64,000 nucleotides of DNA. It comes from Abditibacterium sp. (GTDB taxonomy: Bacteria > Armatimonadota > Abditibacteriia > Abditibacteriales > Abditibacteriaceae). The stretch covers positions 64,001 to 128,000 of the forward strand of contig OZ251992.1 in NCBI GenBank assembly GCA_965246885.1, read 5' to 3'. Positions 49,805-59,295 of this stretch are shown piece by piece. Under the pieces are notes generated by a model. It saw only the letters and a list, made by a program, of their open reading frames with translations. It had not been told where the DNA came from and did no database searches. Both the position numbers and the translations under genes were made by a program. Positions within the stretch are counted from its first letter, which is position 1, and each line of letters begins with the position of its first letter.

Positions 49805-50839
49805 TTACACCGCCACCGACGGCACATCCACTGGCTTGCCCGATTCGATGGACTCGTTCATGGCGATAACCGTTGCGAGCGAGCGCGCAGCATCGGAATA
49901 CGGCGAGCGCATGGTGGAATAGTCGCCGCTCCGCACCGCCTCCAAAAAGGCGACCATTTCGGCGTAGTGGTGCGAGGCGCCTTCGGGCATAGCCACCATC
50001 TGTTCGTCTATTTTCTGTTCGCCGATGTTGCCGTGCAGCCGCTCGTCTAAGTCCAAGTTGAGGCGGAAATCCTCGCCAATGAAGGACACGGCGACGCTCA
50101 TGTCGTCCGCCGCCCACGAGTGCAAGTGCGCGCCCGACGCGCCCGACGCGAAGCGCAGGTTGGTCGAGGAGGACTCTTCGATGGTAAAGTCGGCGCTTTT
50201 CTGGCGGCGGATGTTGTTGCCGTAGGTGTGCACCTGCGTGATGTCGCCCGCGAAGAAGCGGATCAGGTCAATGGAGTGGATGGCTTGGTCAAGGATATGC
50301 CCGCCCGACCGCTCCTTGAGCAAGAACCAAGGCGGCATCGTCCATTTCGTGGTGAGCGGGCACAAAAACGCGCTTTGCACGAGGTGGATGGTGCGGCCCG
50401 CGAGCAACTCGCGCAAGCGGTTGACAATCGGGAACCAGCGATACATGAAGCCCACAACAACCGGCACGCCGCCGTGCGTGGCGATGGCGTTAATGGCGCG
50501 CGCATCCTCCAAGGAAAAAGCGGGCGGCTTCTCGACGAAGACGGGGAGCGCGCGCCCGTTGCGCTGGCCAAAGTCCGCCGCGCCTTGCACGACTTCGCGC
50601 CGCGCCAAGGGCGGGGTGCAGGAGATGATGGCTTCCAATTCCGGCTCGGCTTCGAGCATGGCGGACACGCTCGTGTAAAAGCGCGCGCCAATTGCGTCGG
50701 CCATCGCGCGGTGCGCCTCGTTCATGTCGCACATGGCGACCACTTGGTTGCCGCCCATCATTTGCAGGTTCTGGGCGTGGGCCTTATAGATGCCCCCGAC
50801 GCCGATGGCGCCGACTTTGACGGTGTGGTTGTTGTTCAT
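49805..50839 (-). CDS. Gfo/Idh/MocA family oxidoreductase
   Basis: GAIGVGGI, VFVEKP, VGFMYRW, GGHILDQAIHSID. Confidence 0.9.
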   Translation of the reverse strand: MNNNHTVKVGAIGVGGIYKAHAQNLQMMGGNQVVAMCDMNEAHRAMADAIGARFYTSVSAMLEAEPELEAIISCTPPLARREVVQGAADFGQRNGRALPVFVEKPPAFSLEDARAINAIATHGGVPVVVGFMYRWFPIVNRLRELLAGRTIHLVQSAFLCPLTTKWTMPPWFLLKERSGGHILDQAIHSIDLIRFFAGDITQVHTYGNNIRRQKSADFTIEESSSTNLRFASGASGAHLHSWAADDMSVAVSFIGEDFRLNLDLDERLHGNIGEQKIDEQMVAMPEGASHHYAEMVAFLEAVRSGDYSTMRSPYSDAARSLATVIAMNESIESGKPVDVPSVAV

Positions 50840-50860
50840 AGCGTTGGAAATTCTACCGGT

Positions 50861-51784
50861 TTAAGCGAAGCGGCCCGCGTCAAAGCGGCGCACGCCGCGC
50901 ACCATCAGGCCCTGCTGGTTTTCTTTGCGCGCGGTTGCGGCGCTCTTTTCGGCTTCGGCGCGGTCTTTGGCGGTGGCGGCGCCGACGGTTACATAGTCGT
51001 CCGCCGCGCGGTAGCGGTGGATGACGACGGGGCGGGCCTGCGTCCCGAAGTTTTCCTTCGAGCCGTGAATGGTCTTGACGTGGAACACGATGGCGTCGCC
51101 CGCCGCGCCTTTGATGGGAAGCGCCGCTTCCCAAGGCCACTCGTCTTCATCCAATCCCAAGTGCGAGAAGGTGTCTATGTGGCGGAGTTGCCCCTTTAGG
51201 TGTGAGCCGGGCACGACATGGAGCGCGCCGTTGACGAGATCCGTGTCCACCACGTAATTGAGGAACGCGACCGGCCCTTGGAAGCGATGCTCGAAGTAGG
51301 CAGAATCTTGGTGCAGGTGCTTGGGATGCCCACCGACCGGCTCTTTATACAAGCACTGGCCGTAGTCGGACAGTTCGATGTCGGGGCCAAGAATCGCTTC
51401 GACGAAGTCCAGCTTGGCCGCGTCGAGCGCCGATTGGAGGAACGTGGCGCTCGTGCGATAGGAATAAGGCAGCGTCATCAGTTGTTGCTCGCGCTCGAAA
51501 TTGGGCGGCGCGGGCAGAAACAGCGTGCCGTCGGGCGTGTGCCAGCCCAACTCGCTCCTGGTCGCTTGCGGCAGGAGGGAAATGGCGGTTTGCGCCACCT
51601 CTTCGACTTCCGCGCGCACGGTCGAAAGGTAGGGCGTGAACAGCCCGCGCACGACGAGGCAGCCCTGCGCGCGGAAAATCGCTGCCGCGCGCTCGATACC
51701 CGCCGGGTTGCCGAGGTCGCTCGCGGCGATCTCGATGTCGGCGACGGAAACCGTCGGCGCGGCAAATGTGGTGTGTGAGTCCAT
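50861..51784 (-). CDS. PhyH-family Fe(II)/2OG dioxygenase
   Basis: LHQDSAYF, NGALHVVPGSH, TIHGSKEN. Confidence 0.88.
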   Translation of the reverse strand: MDSHTTFAAPTVSVADIEIAASDLGNPAGIERAAAIFRAQGCLVVRGLFTPYLSTVRAEVEEVAQTAISLLPQATRSELGWHTPDGTLFLPAPPNFEREQQLMTLPYSYRTSATFLQSALDAAKLDFVEAILGPDIELSDYGQCLYKEPVGGHPKHLHQDSAYFEHRFQGPVAFLNYVVDTDLVNGALHVVPGSHLKGQLRHIDTFSHLGLDEDEWPWEAALPIKGAAGDAIVFHVKTIHGSKENFGTQARPVVIHRYRAADDYVTVGAATAKDRAEAEKSAATARKENQQGLMVRGVRRFDAGRFA

Positions 51785-51793
51785 GAGTAGTCC

Positions 51794-52783
51794 TTAGGCC
51801 CAACGAATCAGCGCGGCGCCCAACGATGGGTCGCGCGCAAGCAAACGAGCATACAAACTTACCACCCCATCGGGCGCGATGCGCTCGGTGATGAACGGGG
51901 CGACCGTCAGTTTGCCCTCGCTCATCAGCGCTAGGATGGGGCGCAAGTCGCCCCATGCACAAGGAAACAGAAGCGTGAGTTGCTTCGAGTGCGCGGCGAT
52001 AAAGCCGAAGCGCACCTCGCCGGGGTAGTGCCCTTGCAACACCACGCGCGCCCGGTTCGCCGCCAACCCAAGCGACGCATCAAGAACGCGCGTATTGCCC
52101 GAACACTCGATGACCACGCTCGCCCCATCGGGATGATCGGCGCGCAAACGCTCGTCGAGCGCGGCGACATCGCCCGCGACGGCGACATCGGCGGAGAACT
52201 GCTCCGCCAAGCGCGCGCGTTCGGCGTTGAGGTCGCACGCGAAGACTTTGGCGCCGCGCGCGCGGCAAATCTGCGCCGCCAATTGCCCCACTATCCCTAA
52301 TCCTACGACGGCGACAACATCGGCCCCGGTCACTTGCGCGCGCTCGACGCCCTGATTCGAGACGGCGCCGAGCCACGAATACGCCGCCTCGTCGTCGCTC
52401 ACCCCATCGGGAACGCGCACCAACTCCTCTTGCGCGAAGTCGCCCGTCACCGACACGATGGGGTGCGACTGGTGCCCGTTGCCCGACCCTTGCCCGTAAC
52501 CATCGGGCTGAAACAAGGACAATCCCGAACACACCCGCTCGCCGACGCGGTAGTTGTCTACCCCCGGCCCCACTTCGGCGACGCGCCCCACGCCCATGTA
52601 ACCCAACAGCGCGGGAAAGGTGCAGCCGTGCAACTGGCCCGACACGACGAGATACTCCGTTCCCACGCTGACTGCCGTGAGCGTGTTGGCGACGCGCACT
52701 TCACCCGCTTCGAGGGAGCGCGTCTCGAAGGAGCGCACTTCGGCGGCGCCCGATGGCGCAATGATGATGGCGGAAGTCTTCAT
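51794..52783 (-). CDS. MDR-family (zinc-binding type) dehydrogenase
   Basis: VSVGTE, LGYMGVG, GLGIVGQ. Confidence 0.85.
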   Translation of the reverse strand: MKTSAIIIAPSGAAEVRSFETRSLEAGEVRVANTLTAVSVGTEYLVVSGQLHGCTFPALLGYMGVGRVAEVGPGVDNYRVGERVCSGLSLFQPDGYGQGSGNGHQSHPIVSVTGDFAQEELVRVPDGVSDDEAAYSWLGAVSNQGVERAQVTGADVVAVVGLGIVGQLAAQICRARGAKVFACDLNAERARLAEQFSADVAVAGDVAALDERLRADHPDGASVVIECSGNTRVLDASLGLAANRARVVLQGHYPGEVRFGFIAAHSKQLTLLFPCAWGDLRPILALMSEGKLTVAPFITERIAPDGVVSLYARLLARDPSLGAALIRWA

Positions 52784-52786
52784 AAA

Positions 52787-53752
52787 TTAGCCCGCGAGCG
52801 CTGTCCAACGATTCGGATAGGGGATGTGGTTCGCCTCGCGGTAGCGGTTGCGCAGCGCGGCAAAGTCGGCGGCGGTGCGCGTTTCCCGTTCGGGATGCGC
52901 GCTTGAGCGCACCACGAAGTCCGCTTCGGGCGGGTAACAGGCGATCTCGACGCCCTCGGCATCAGGTGTATACTCGTCGGGCGTTCGCCCGACGTTGTTG
53001 GGCACCTCGGCGCTTTGGTAGCGCAGGTCGAGGCTCCAGCGAACCTCTTGCGAGGCGTTCTCCTTCGAGCAGTGCGGCGTCAGGTTCGTCATCAGCAGCA
53101 CGTCGCCCGCTTTCATCTCGACCGGAAGAGCGCCCTCGAAGCTCATCTCCTCGTCGGGAATGACCAAATACCCCGCCTTGCCGCCCGCGTAATGACGCGC
53201 GACGCCGCTCTTGTGCGAGTTGGGCAACACCCACATACAGCCGTTGTGGAGCGTCGCGTCCACGAGCGGCACCCAACACGTCACGATGAGTTGGCTGTCG
53301 CAGTGCGGCTCGAAGTAACCGGAATCTTGGTGCCACGCCACTTCGCCGTGCGCCCAGTTGGGCAACTTGGGCCGCACCCGATACACCGACGAGGCCACGA
53401 TCTCCGGCCCGACGAGCGACTCGATGCAGTCCAAAAGCGGCGGATGCGCGAGCATGGCGAACATTTCTGGCCCGTTGAAGCCCCCGCCCGCGCCGCGCAG
53501 CAGTTCCTTATGGTAAATCTCGCGGCCCGCTTCTTCCGACTCTTCCATGATGCATGCCAAGCGGCGCTCAAACGGCTCGTCCGCGAAGGTGTTCGGCAGC
53601 AGCCCCTCGGCGTGCAAACGCGCGGCGGCCTTGTCCACGATGTCCGCCAGCGCGCCGCGAATCAAACCGAGGGCGTCCCCATCGAACACGCCCTCTTTCA
53701 CAACCCAGCCTTCGAGCCGGAACCGCTCGACTTCTTGATGCGACAGATTCAT
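52787..53752 (-). CDS. PhyH-family Fe(II)/2OG dioxygenase
   Basis: WHQDSGYF, NGCMWVLPNSH, TPHCS.EN...VRWSLDLRYQ. Confidence 0.88.
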   Translation of the reverse strand: MNLSHQEVERFRLEGWVVKEGVFDGDALGLIRGALADIVDKAAARLHAEGLLPNTFADEPFERRLACIMEESEEAGREIYHKELLRGAGGGFNGPEMFAMLAHPPLLDCIESLVGPEIVASSVYRVRPKLPNWAHGEVAWHQDSGYFEPHCDSQLIVTCWVPLVDATLHNGCMWVLPNSHKSGVARHYAGGKAGYLVIPDEEMSFEGALPVEMKAGDVLLMTNLTPHCSKENASQEVRWSLDLRYQSAEVPNNVGRTPDEYTPDAEGVEIACYPPEADFVVRSSAHPERETRTAADFAALRNRYREANHIPYPNRWTALAG

Positions 53753-53871
53753 GGTTTCTTCCGCTTCTGCTCCCCTGCCCCTGCGAAGCAGGGGCGCAGT
53801 GTAACAGTGCATATGGGTGTCTACTACTCCATTATTCCCCTAAGATGCCGCCTCTTGGCCCTACAACACAA

Positions 53872-53910
53872 AAACACGCGGCGCCCCGTCGAATTGGGCG
53901 CCGCGTGTTT
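53872..53910. terminator. Hairpin terminator after the minus-strand DUF1559 gene
   Basis: AAACACGCGGCGCCC-loop-GGGCGCCGCGTGTTT with A/T tracts on both sides. Confidence 0.75.
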
Positions 53911-53997
53911 CTTTTGCTGTTTTGACTGGATGCCACCTTGAGGGGCCGTTACGCCGCCTGCTCGCTGGTGCAGCGAATAGTGGCGTCAGAGCCGCCT

Positions 53998-54742
53998 TTA
54001 CTGGGGGAACGGAGAAGAATAAGCGCATTGGGCGCTGCCAGTGGCGTCCACAGAGTAGCCCGTCAGATTGGGATATGGGCCGCCCGCTTTGCCTTTTTGC
54101 GCTTTGACGTGACCGTCGGTGTAAAGCATATTGGTGGTTTCCAAATGCCGGTAAGCCAAGCTCGGCCCCAAGTCAGGCGTGTCGACATAGGACTGCCACG
54201 TGGCGTTAATAAAACCGGTTTGATCGCGCTCAACGACCATAACTGTCAAGGCAGTCGCGGGAATTTCTGCCAAAGCGCGAGGGACAGATGCTCCCGGATA
54301 AAAGCCGAAGACTTGATTGACAGCAGAATAAGAACGTGTTGCATTGGCCCCATAAAGCGGGTGCGTCACGCGTAGCGAGGCAGTATCGCTGGGGCATACG
54401 ATGAGTTGCGCACTCTTGAGATAGGGTTGCGTTACTGTGTCCCACGTCGCCCGCACCGGGCCGGTGCCGGAATTGTCGTATCCCATGTCCGCGCCGGGGA
54501 ACCGCTCGTCGTAGTCTTGCGTGTATTGCAGGATGCCCAAACCAATTTGCTTGAGGTTGCTTTGGCAGGAGGCGCGGCGCGCATTTTCCCTCGCGCGGGC
54601 GAAAGCGGGGAACAGGATCGCGGCGAGAATGGCGATGACTACCAATAATTCTATTAAGGTAAATCCGAAACGGCCTTTGGCAGAATGTTGATGAACGAAC
54701 AGGATGTTTGGTGTCGGTAATTCCGACTGTCTCTTAATGCAT
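53998..54742 (-). CDS. DUF1559 prepilin-type / H-X9-DG protein with a damaged 5' end
   Basis: [20 protein letters not shown]...SCQSNLKQ...[14 protein letters not shown]; no in-frame canonical start before FTLIE; the ATG at 54742 (after GAGG) is one base out of frame. Confidence 0.8.
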
Positions 54743-54807
54743 TGTTCCTCGTTCTTTCCTCCGCTGAGGAAACGGCGGCGCAGGCTGCGCGGAATAAGGA
54801 CGCCTTT

Positions 54808-54837
54808 ATTATACCCAGAGAATACCCCTGTCTAACA
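54808..54837 (-). promoter_or_regulatory. Promoter-like motif TGTTAGAC-N16-TATAAT, copy 4
   Basis: Minus strand TGTTAGAC aggggtattctctggg TATAAT, preceded by an A/T tract. Confidence 0.7.
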
Positions 54838-54944
54838 GGAAAATGGAATTTTTTTTGGCGCGCGCGGCCCATTGTCCCCATCGGCTCGACAGATTGCGAA
54901 TTTCCCGGCTCCTTTCTTGGCAAGACACAAGTAAATCAGACAGC

Positions 54945-55118
54945 CGCCGCCCTCTGGGAAGCAAGCGGGACGGCGGCGAACAATTCCCAGAAGGCGGCGA
55001 CAAAGTGACAGACGCGCGCCGACGACTTCCAGACGTGTGTCACTGGTCGGCGCATGTCTGTCATCGCTCGGCGCGCATGTGTCGCTCGTCGGCGCGCGTC
55101 TGTCATCGGTCGGCGCAC
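54945..55118. repeat. 21-bp-period array D with a perfect 20-bp inverted repeat
   Basis: Units gtgtgtcactggtcggcgcat / gtctgtcatcgctcggcgcgc / atgtgtcgctcgtcggcgcgc / gtctgtcatcggtcggcgcac; IR arms 55006-55025 and 55086-55105. Confidence 0.85.
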
Positions 55119-55219
55119 GGCTGCGGTGGCGTGTCAGAGTTCTGGCGGCGCAAGGGAGACGAAGAACTGCGGGCCACATTTGACCGTCAGTAGTGGCCTC
55201 GCGCGCGCCACGCGGCCCG

Positions 55220-56002
55220 CTACCCTTTCCAAGCGAGCGCCACGAGCGAGGTACCAAAACGGAGCGGACGTTTGAGCAACACGCGGCCTTCGGCTTCGAT
55301 GAGCCGAATCATGGCAGCGTTGAGAAACGGCGGCAGGACGGGCAACACGGCGCCCGTCGAGTGACGCTGCGCGTCGCGCGGACGTTTGGGCAAGCGCGGC
55401 AACACCAGATGTCGCCATAAGTAAGCGGCGGGCGGCATCATGCTCATGGCAAAAGAAAGTTTCTCGACGCGAAGCCCCGCTTCGCGCAAACGCGCGCGCA
55501 GTTCGTGTTTCTCGTAGCGCCGGAAGTGGTGGAGCGCTTCGTCGTGCGCACTCCACAAATGACCATACGCTGGAACCGTCAGAATCAAGGCGCCCCCCGG
55601 CTTGAGGACGCGCGAGACCTCGCACAGCGCGCGGCGGTCGTCGCGCAAGTGCTCCAAGACGTCCATCATTGTCACGCAGTTGGCGATGCCCCCTTTAAAG
55701 GGGAGTTGCATCGCGTCACCCTGCGACAAAGCGAGGTCGGGCAGGTTGGTTAGTTCCGCCCGCGCGTGCGCCAGCGCCAGAGGCGAAAAATCGAGGCCAA
55801 TGACGCGCCCCTCCGTTCCGACGGCTTCGCGCAGCATCGGTAAGTTCGCACCCGTGCCGCAGCCGATGTCCAGCAAACGCGGGTGGGACACCAAGCGCGG
55901 CGCGATGTACTCCAGCAGCGTTTTAACGATGCGGCGCCGCCCCACAAACCACCAGTAATGCGTTTCCAGTTCGTGCATCCGCTCGTATTCTTCGGGATTC
56001 AT
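55220..56002 (-). CDS. Class I SAM-dependent methyltransferase
   Basis: ETHYWWFVGRR, LLDIGCGTG, MDVLEH, WSAHDEALHHFRRY. Confidence 0.88.
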   Translation of the reverse strand: MNPEEYERMHELETHYWWFVGRRRIVKTLLEYIAPRLVSHPRLLDIGCGTGANLPMLREAVGTEGRVIGLDFSPLALAHARAELTNLPDLALSQGDAMQLPFKGGIANCVTMMDVLEHLRDDRRALCEVSRVLKPGGALILTVPAYGHLWSAHDEALHHFRRYEKHELRARLREAGLRVEKLSFAMSMMPPAAYLWRHLVLPRLPKRPRDAQRHSTGAVLPVLPPFLNAAMIRLIEAEGRVLLKRPLRFGTSLVALAWKG

Positions 56003-56062
56003 AAATGCGTCCGTTAGTTTGCGCGGTTTTAGCCTTATTGTTGAGTTGCCATTTCGGTCAGA

Positions 56063-56144
56063 CCCGTAGGGGTAGCCCACGTGGTTGCTCTGTGGCGCCC
56101 CTCGGTGACGTTGCGAGGACAACCACGTGGTCTACCCCTACGGG
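56063..56144. repeat. GTAG-type REP inverted doublet
   Basis: CCCGTAGGGGTAGCCCACGTGGTTG ... CAACCACGTGGTCTACCCCTACGGG. Confidence 0.8.
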
Positions 56145-56286
56145 GGATACGACTGCCGCCTCCCTTAAGAATCTTGCTTTTCCGCCGTTTCCCCCTTGCG
56201 AACTACCTTTAAAAGCGTGTTAAATGAAAGGGCCATTCATCGGCTTCGCGGTGCCTTCGGGCGGGCGCGAGGAGGAGGCGCCACTT

Positions 56287-57951
56287 ATGGGCGGGTACGA
56301 CTCTAACATTTCTCATTCAACGGCCAACGCACAAGGTGCGGGGGCCGTTTTTCATGTGTCCGATTTGGCCTTCGCGGGCGAATTTCAGGAGGAGCCGCAA
56401 GGGTTTTCGTCGGAAGTGCAAGACGGCGACCGACCGCAGGAAGAGTGCGGCGTGTTCGGCATTTACGCGCCGGGGTTGCCCGTCGCGCGGCGCACTTTTT
56501 TTGGCATCTTCGCGCTGCAACACAGGGGGCAGGAAAGCTGCGGTATCGCGGTTTCCGATGGGCGGGAATTGCGCATCCACGCCGATATGGGCCTCGTCTC
56601 GCAAGTGTTCAACGAGGGCGTCTTAGCGGAGTTGCCCGGCCATATCGCGGTGGGGCACAACCGCTATTCGACGACGGGCGGCTCGAACGCTTGCAACTCG
56701 CAGCCGCTCCGTTGCCACTCCTCCGACGGCGAACTGGCGCTCGCCCACAACGGGAACCTCGTCAATACCGTCCAATTGCGCCGCGAGTTGGAAGCGGAAG
56801 GCGCCCACTTCGAGACGACGATGGACACGGAGATCATCTCGAAACTGTTGGCCCGTCACGCCGATTTGCCCCTTGAAGAGGCGCTCCTCAAGATGATGGA
56901 GACGGTGTCGGGCGCCTACTCTTTGGTGATGATGACGCGCGACACCCTCATTGCCGTGCGCGACCCATCGGGCCTGCGACCCTTGTGTCTGGGGCGCCTC
57001 AAAGATTGCCAAAACGACGACTGCTATGTGGTGGCGTCGGAAACGTGCGCGTTGGGGCCGGTCGGCGCGGAGTTTGTGCGCGAAATCGAGCCGGGGGAAA
57101 TCGTCTTCATTAACGCGGCAGGCGTCGAATCGTTGCACTTCAAGGGAGAAGCGCCGGGACACGAGCCGCGCCAAGCGCTGTGCGTGTTCGAGTTCATCTA
57201 CCTTGCACGCCCCGACTCGCAGCTATTGGGCCAAAACGTGCATGCCGCGCGTCGCCGGATGGGAACGCTCCTCGCCAAACAAGCGCCTGTCGAAGCCGAT
57301 GTGGTGATCGGCGTGCCCGATTCGGGGCTACCCGCAGCCATTGGCTACGCCGCCGGAAGCGGGATACAGTATCAGGAAGGGCTGATTAAAAATCGCTACA
57401 TCCAGAGGACGTTTATTCAGCCCGACCAAACGCAGCGCGAAATGGGCGTGCGCATGAAACTGACGCCCTTGGACGACGTGCTCCAAGGCAAGCGGGTGGT
57501 CGTGGTCGAGGACTCCATCGTGCGCGGCACGACGACCAAGCGCATCGTGCAGATGATCCGCGACGCGGGCGCGACCGAGGTGCACCTGCGCATCAGTAGT
57601 CCGCCTTACAAGTGGCCGTGCTTCTACGGCATAGATACGGCGGCGCGCAAAGACCTGATCGCGTTCCAAAAGAGCGTCGAAGAAATCCGCGCGTACAACG
57701 GCGCGGATTCGCTGGACTATATCTCGATGGACAACCTGATTGAAGCGGTCGGCGCGCCCAAGAACCAGTTCTGCCGCGCCTGCTTTGACGGCGAGTACCC
57801 CATTACCATCCCGGATGATGTGCGTTATACAAAACTCGTCTTCGAGAGCGGCGACCCCGGCCCCGAATCGGAAGGCAGCTTCTCCCTGAACGAAGCGGGC
57901 GTTATCGAGACCCCGGCAGAACACGAAGCGCGGGAAGTGGTGGGGGTTTGA
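56287..57951 (+). CDS. purF: Amidophosphoribosyltransferase
   Basis: EECGVFG, LQHRGQE, GHNRYST, AHNGNL, VEDSIVRGTT, PCFYGID; start uncertain. Confidence 0.96.
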   Translation: MGGYDSNISHSTANAQGAGAVFHVSDLAFAGEFQEEPQGFSSEVQDGDRPQEECGVFGIYAPGLPVARRTFFGIFALQHRGQESCGIAVSDGRELRIHADMGLVSQVFNEGVLAELPGHIAVGHNRYSTTGGSNACNSQPLRCHSSDGELALAHNGNLVNTVQLRRELEAEGAHFETTMDTEIISKLLARHADLPLEEALLKMMETVSGAYSLVMMTRDTLIAVRDPSGLRPLCLGRLKDCQNDDCYVVASETCALGPVGAEFVREIEPGEIVFINAAGVESLHFKGEAPGHEPRQALCVFEFIYLARPDSQLLGQNVHAARRRMGTLLAKQAPVEADVVIGVPDSGLPAAIGYAAGSGIQYQEGLIKNRYIQRTFIQPDQTQREMGVRMKLTPLDDVLQGKRVVVVEDSIVRGTTTKRIVQMIRDAGATEVHLRISSPPYKWPCFYGIDTAARKDLIAFQKSVEEIRAYNGADSLDYISMDNLIEAVGAPKNQFCRACFDGEYPITIPDDVRYTKLVFESGDPGPESEGSFSLNEAGVIETPAEHEAREVVGV

Positions 57952-58017
57952 GGGGAAGCCGAGGAAAGGGATGAGGACTTTTTGCGGGGGCTAACGAATG
58001 TAAAGGCAAGGCCTAAT

Positions 58018-58138
58018 GTTGTCATTCCGAGGGGAGCCTTGGCGACCAGAGGAATCTGGTAACTGGCGCAAGTTCAGTGCTGACCACGCGGCGCCCATAG
58101 ATTCCTCTGGTCCCTTCCGCTTCCCTTGGAATGACAAC
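58018..58138. repeat. TGTCATTCC-type REP-like inverted doublet
   Basis: GTTGTCATTCC...GACCAGAGGAATCT ... AGATTCCTCTGGTC...GGAATGACAAC. Confidence 0.8.
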
Positions 58139-58260
58139 GCGACGCGCTTGATGGATGCCCAATGTCGTTTCCCAGAAGCGCGACCGTTGTGGTTGGGGGC
58201 CGTTACAAAGTGTTCGTCCGAGAGTTGCCGGTCAGAGAGCGGCTAAAATCTCTTCGTCTT

Positions 58261-59295
58261 ATGAGTCAATTGCCCGCCACGTACGCCCAATCGGGCGTCC
58301 ATATCGAAGCCGGAAACGAACTGGTGCGCCGCATCAAGCCGCACGCGCAGCGAACGCACACTCCCGGAGTGATGGGCGGGATCGGCGGCTTTGGGGCGCT
58401 GTTTCAGCATGACTTTTCCGTTTACCAAGAGCCGATTCTGGTTTCCTCGACCGATGGGGTGGGCACCAAGCTCAAGTTGGCGTTTGCGCTTGGGCGGCAT
58501 GATACGGTTGGCCGCGACTTGGTGGCGATGTGCGTCAACGACCTGATTTGTTGCGGCGCGAAGCCGCTCTTTTTCCTCGATTACTTCGGCACAGGGCGCC
58601 TGTCGCCGGATGTCGGGGAGCAGGTGGTGCGCGGCATTGCCGATGGCTGCGTCGAAGCGGGGTGTGCGCTTGTGGGCGGCGAAACGGCGGAACTGCCGGG
58701 GTTTTATACCGAGGGCGAGTACGACTTGGCGGGGTTCACCGTCGGCGTCGTGGACAAACCCAAGCTCATTGACGGCGCCAAAGTGCAAGTGGGTGATGTC
58801 GTGTTGGGCTTGACATCGAGCGGCTTGCACTCAAATGGCTACTCGATGGGGCGCAAGCTGTTGGAGCCGTTGGGTTACAACACCTTCGTGCCCGCGTTGA
58901 ATCGCACTATAGGCGAGGCGTTGCTGGAGCCAACCACCATTTACGTGCGCCCCATCCTGTCGCTGCTTGAAGCGGTCGAGGTGCGCGCCGTCGCTAATAT
59001 CACTGGCGGCGGCTTTTACGAAAATATCCCGCGCGTGTTACCGGAGAACACCGTCGCGCGCATCCGGCGTGGCTCGTGGGAAGCATCGCCGCTTTTCGAG
59101 ATGATGCGCGCGCAAGGCGGGGTCGCGGAGCGCGAAATGTTCACCACGTTCAACATGGGCATTGGCCTCGTGATAGTCGTCGCCCGCGCGGACGTGGCGG
59201 TGGCCCTCGCGCACTTGGCGGCGGCGGGCGTGCGGTCGTTCGAGATTGGGACGATTGAGGCGGGCGAAGGCGCGGCGCGGGTGGAGTTGGTTTGA
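58261..59295 (+). CDS. purM: Phosphoribosylformylglycinamidine cyclo-ligase
   Basis: GGIGGFG, TDGVGTK, GGETAELP, SSGLHSNGYS, TFNMGIG. Confidence 0.96.
   Translation: MSQLPATYAQSGVHIEAGNELVRRIKPHAQRTHTPGVMGGIGGFGALFQHDFSVYQEPILVSSTDGVGTKLKLAFALGRHDTVGRDLVAMCVNDLICCGAKPLFFLDYFGTGRLSPDVGEQVVRGIADGCVEAGCALVGGETAELPGFYTEGEYDLAGFTVGVVDKPKLIDGAKVQVGDVVLGLTSSGLHSNGYSMGRKLLEPLGYNTFVPALNRTIGEALLEPTTIYVRPILSLLEAVEVRAVANITGGGFYENIPRVLPENTVARIRRGSWEASPLFEMMRAQGGVAEREMFTTFNMGIGLVIVVARADVAVALAHLAAAGVRSFEIGTIEAGEGAARVELV

Noticed and set aside
56145..56286. Purine, ZTP or PRPP riboswitch upstream of purF
   Set aside because: No consensus elements recognisable by eye; an Infernal/Rfam scan would settle it.
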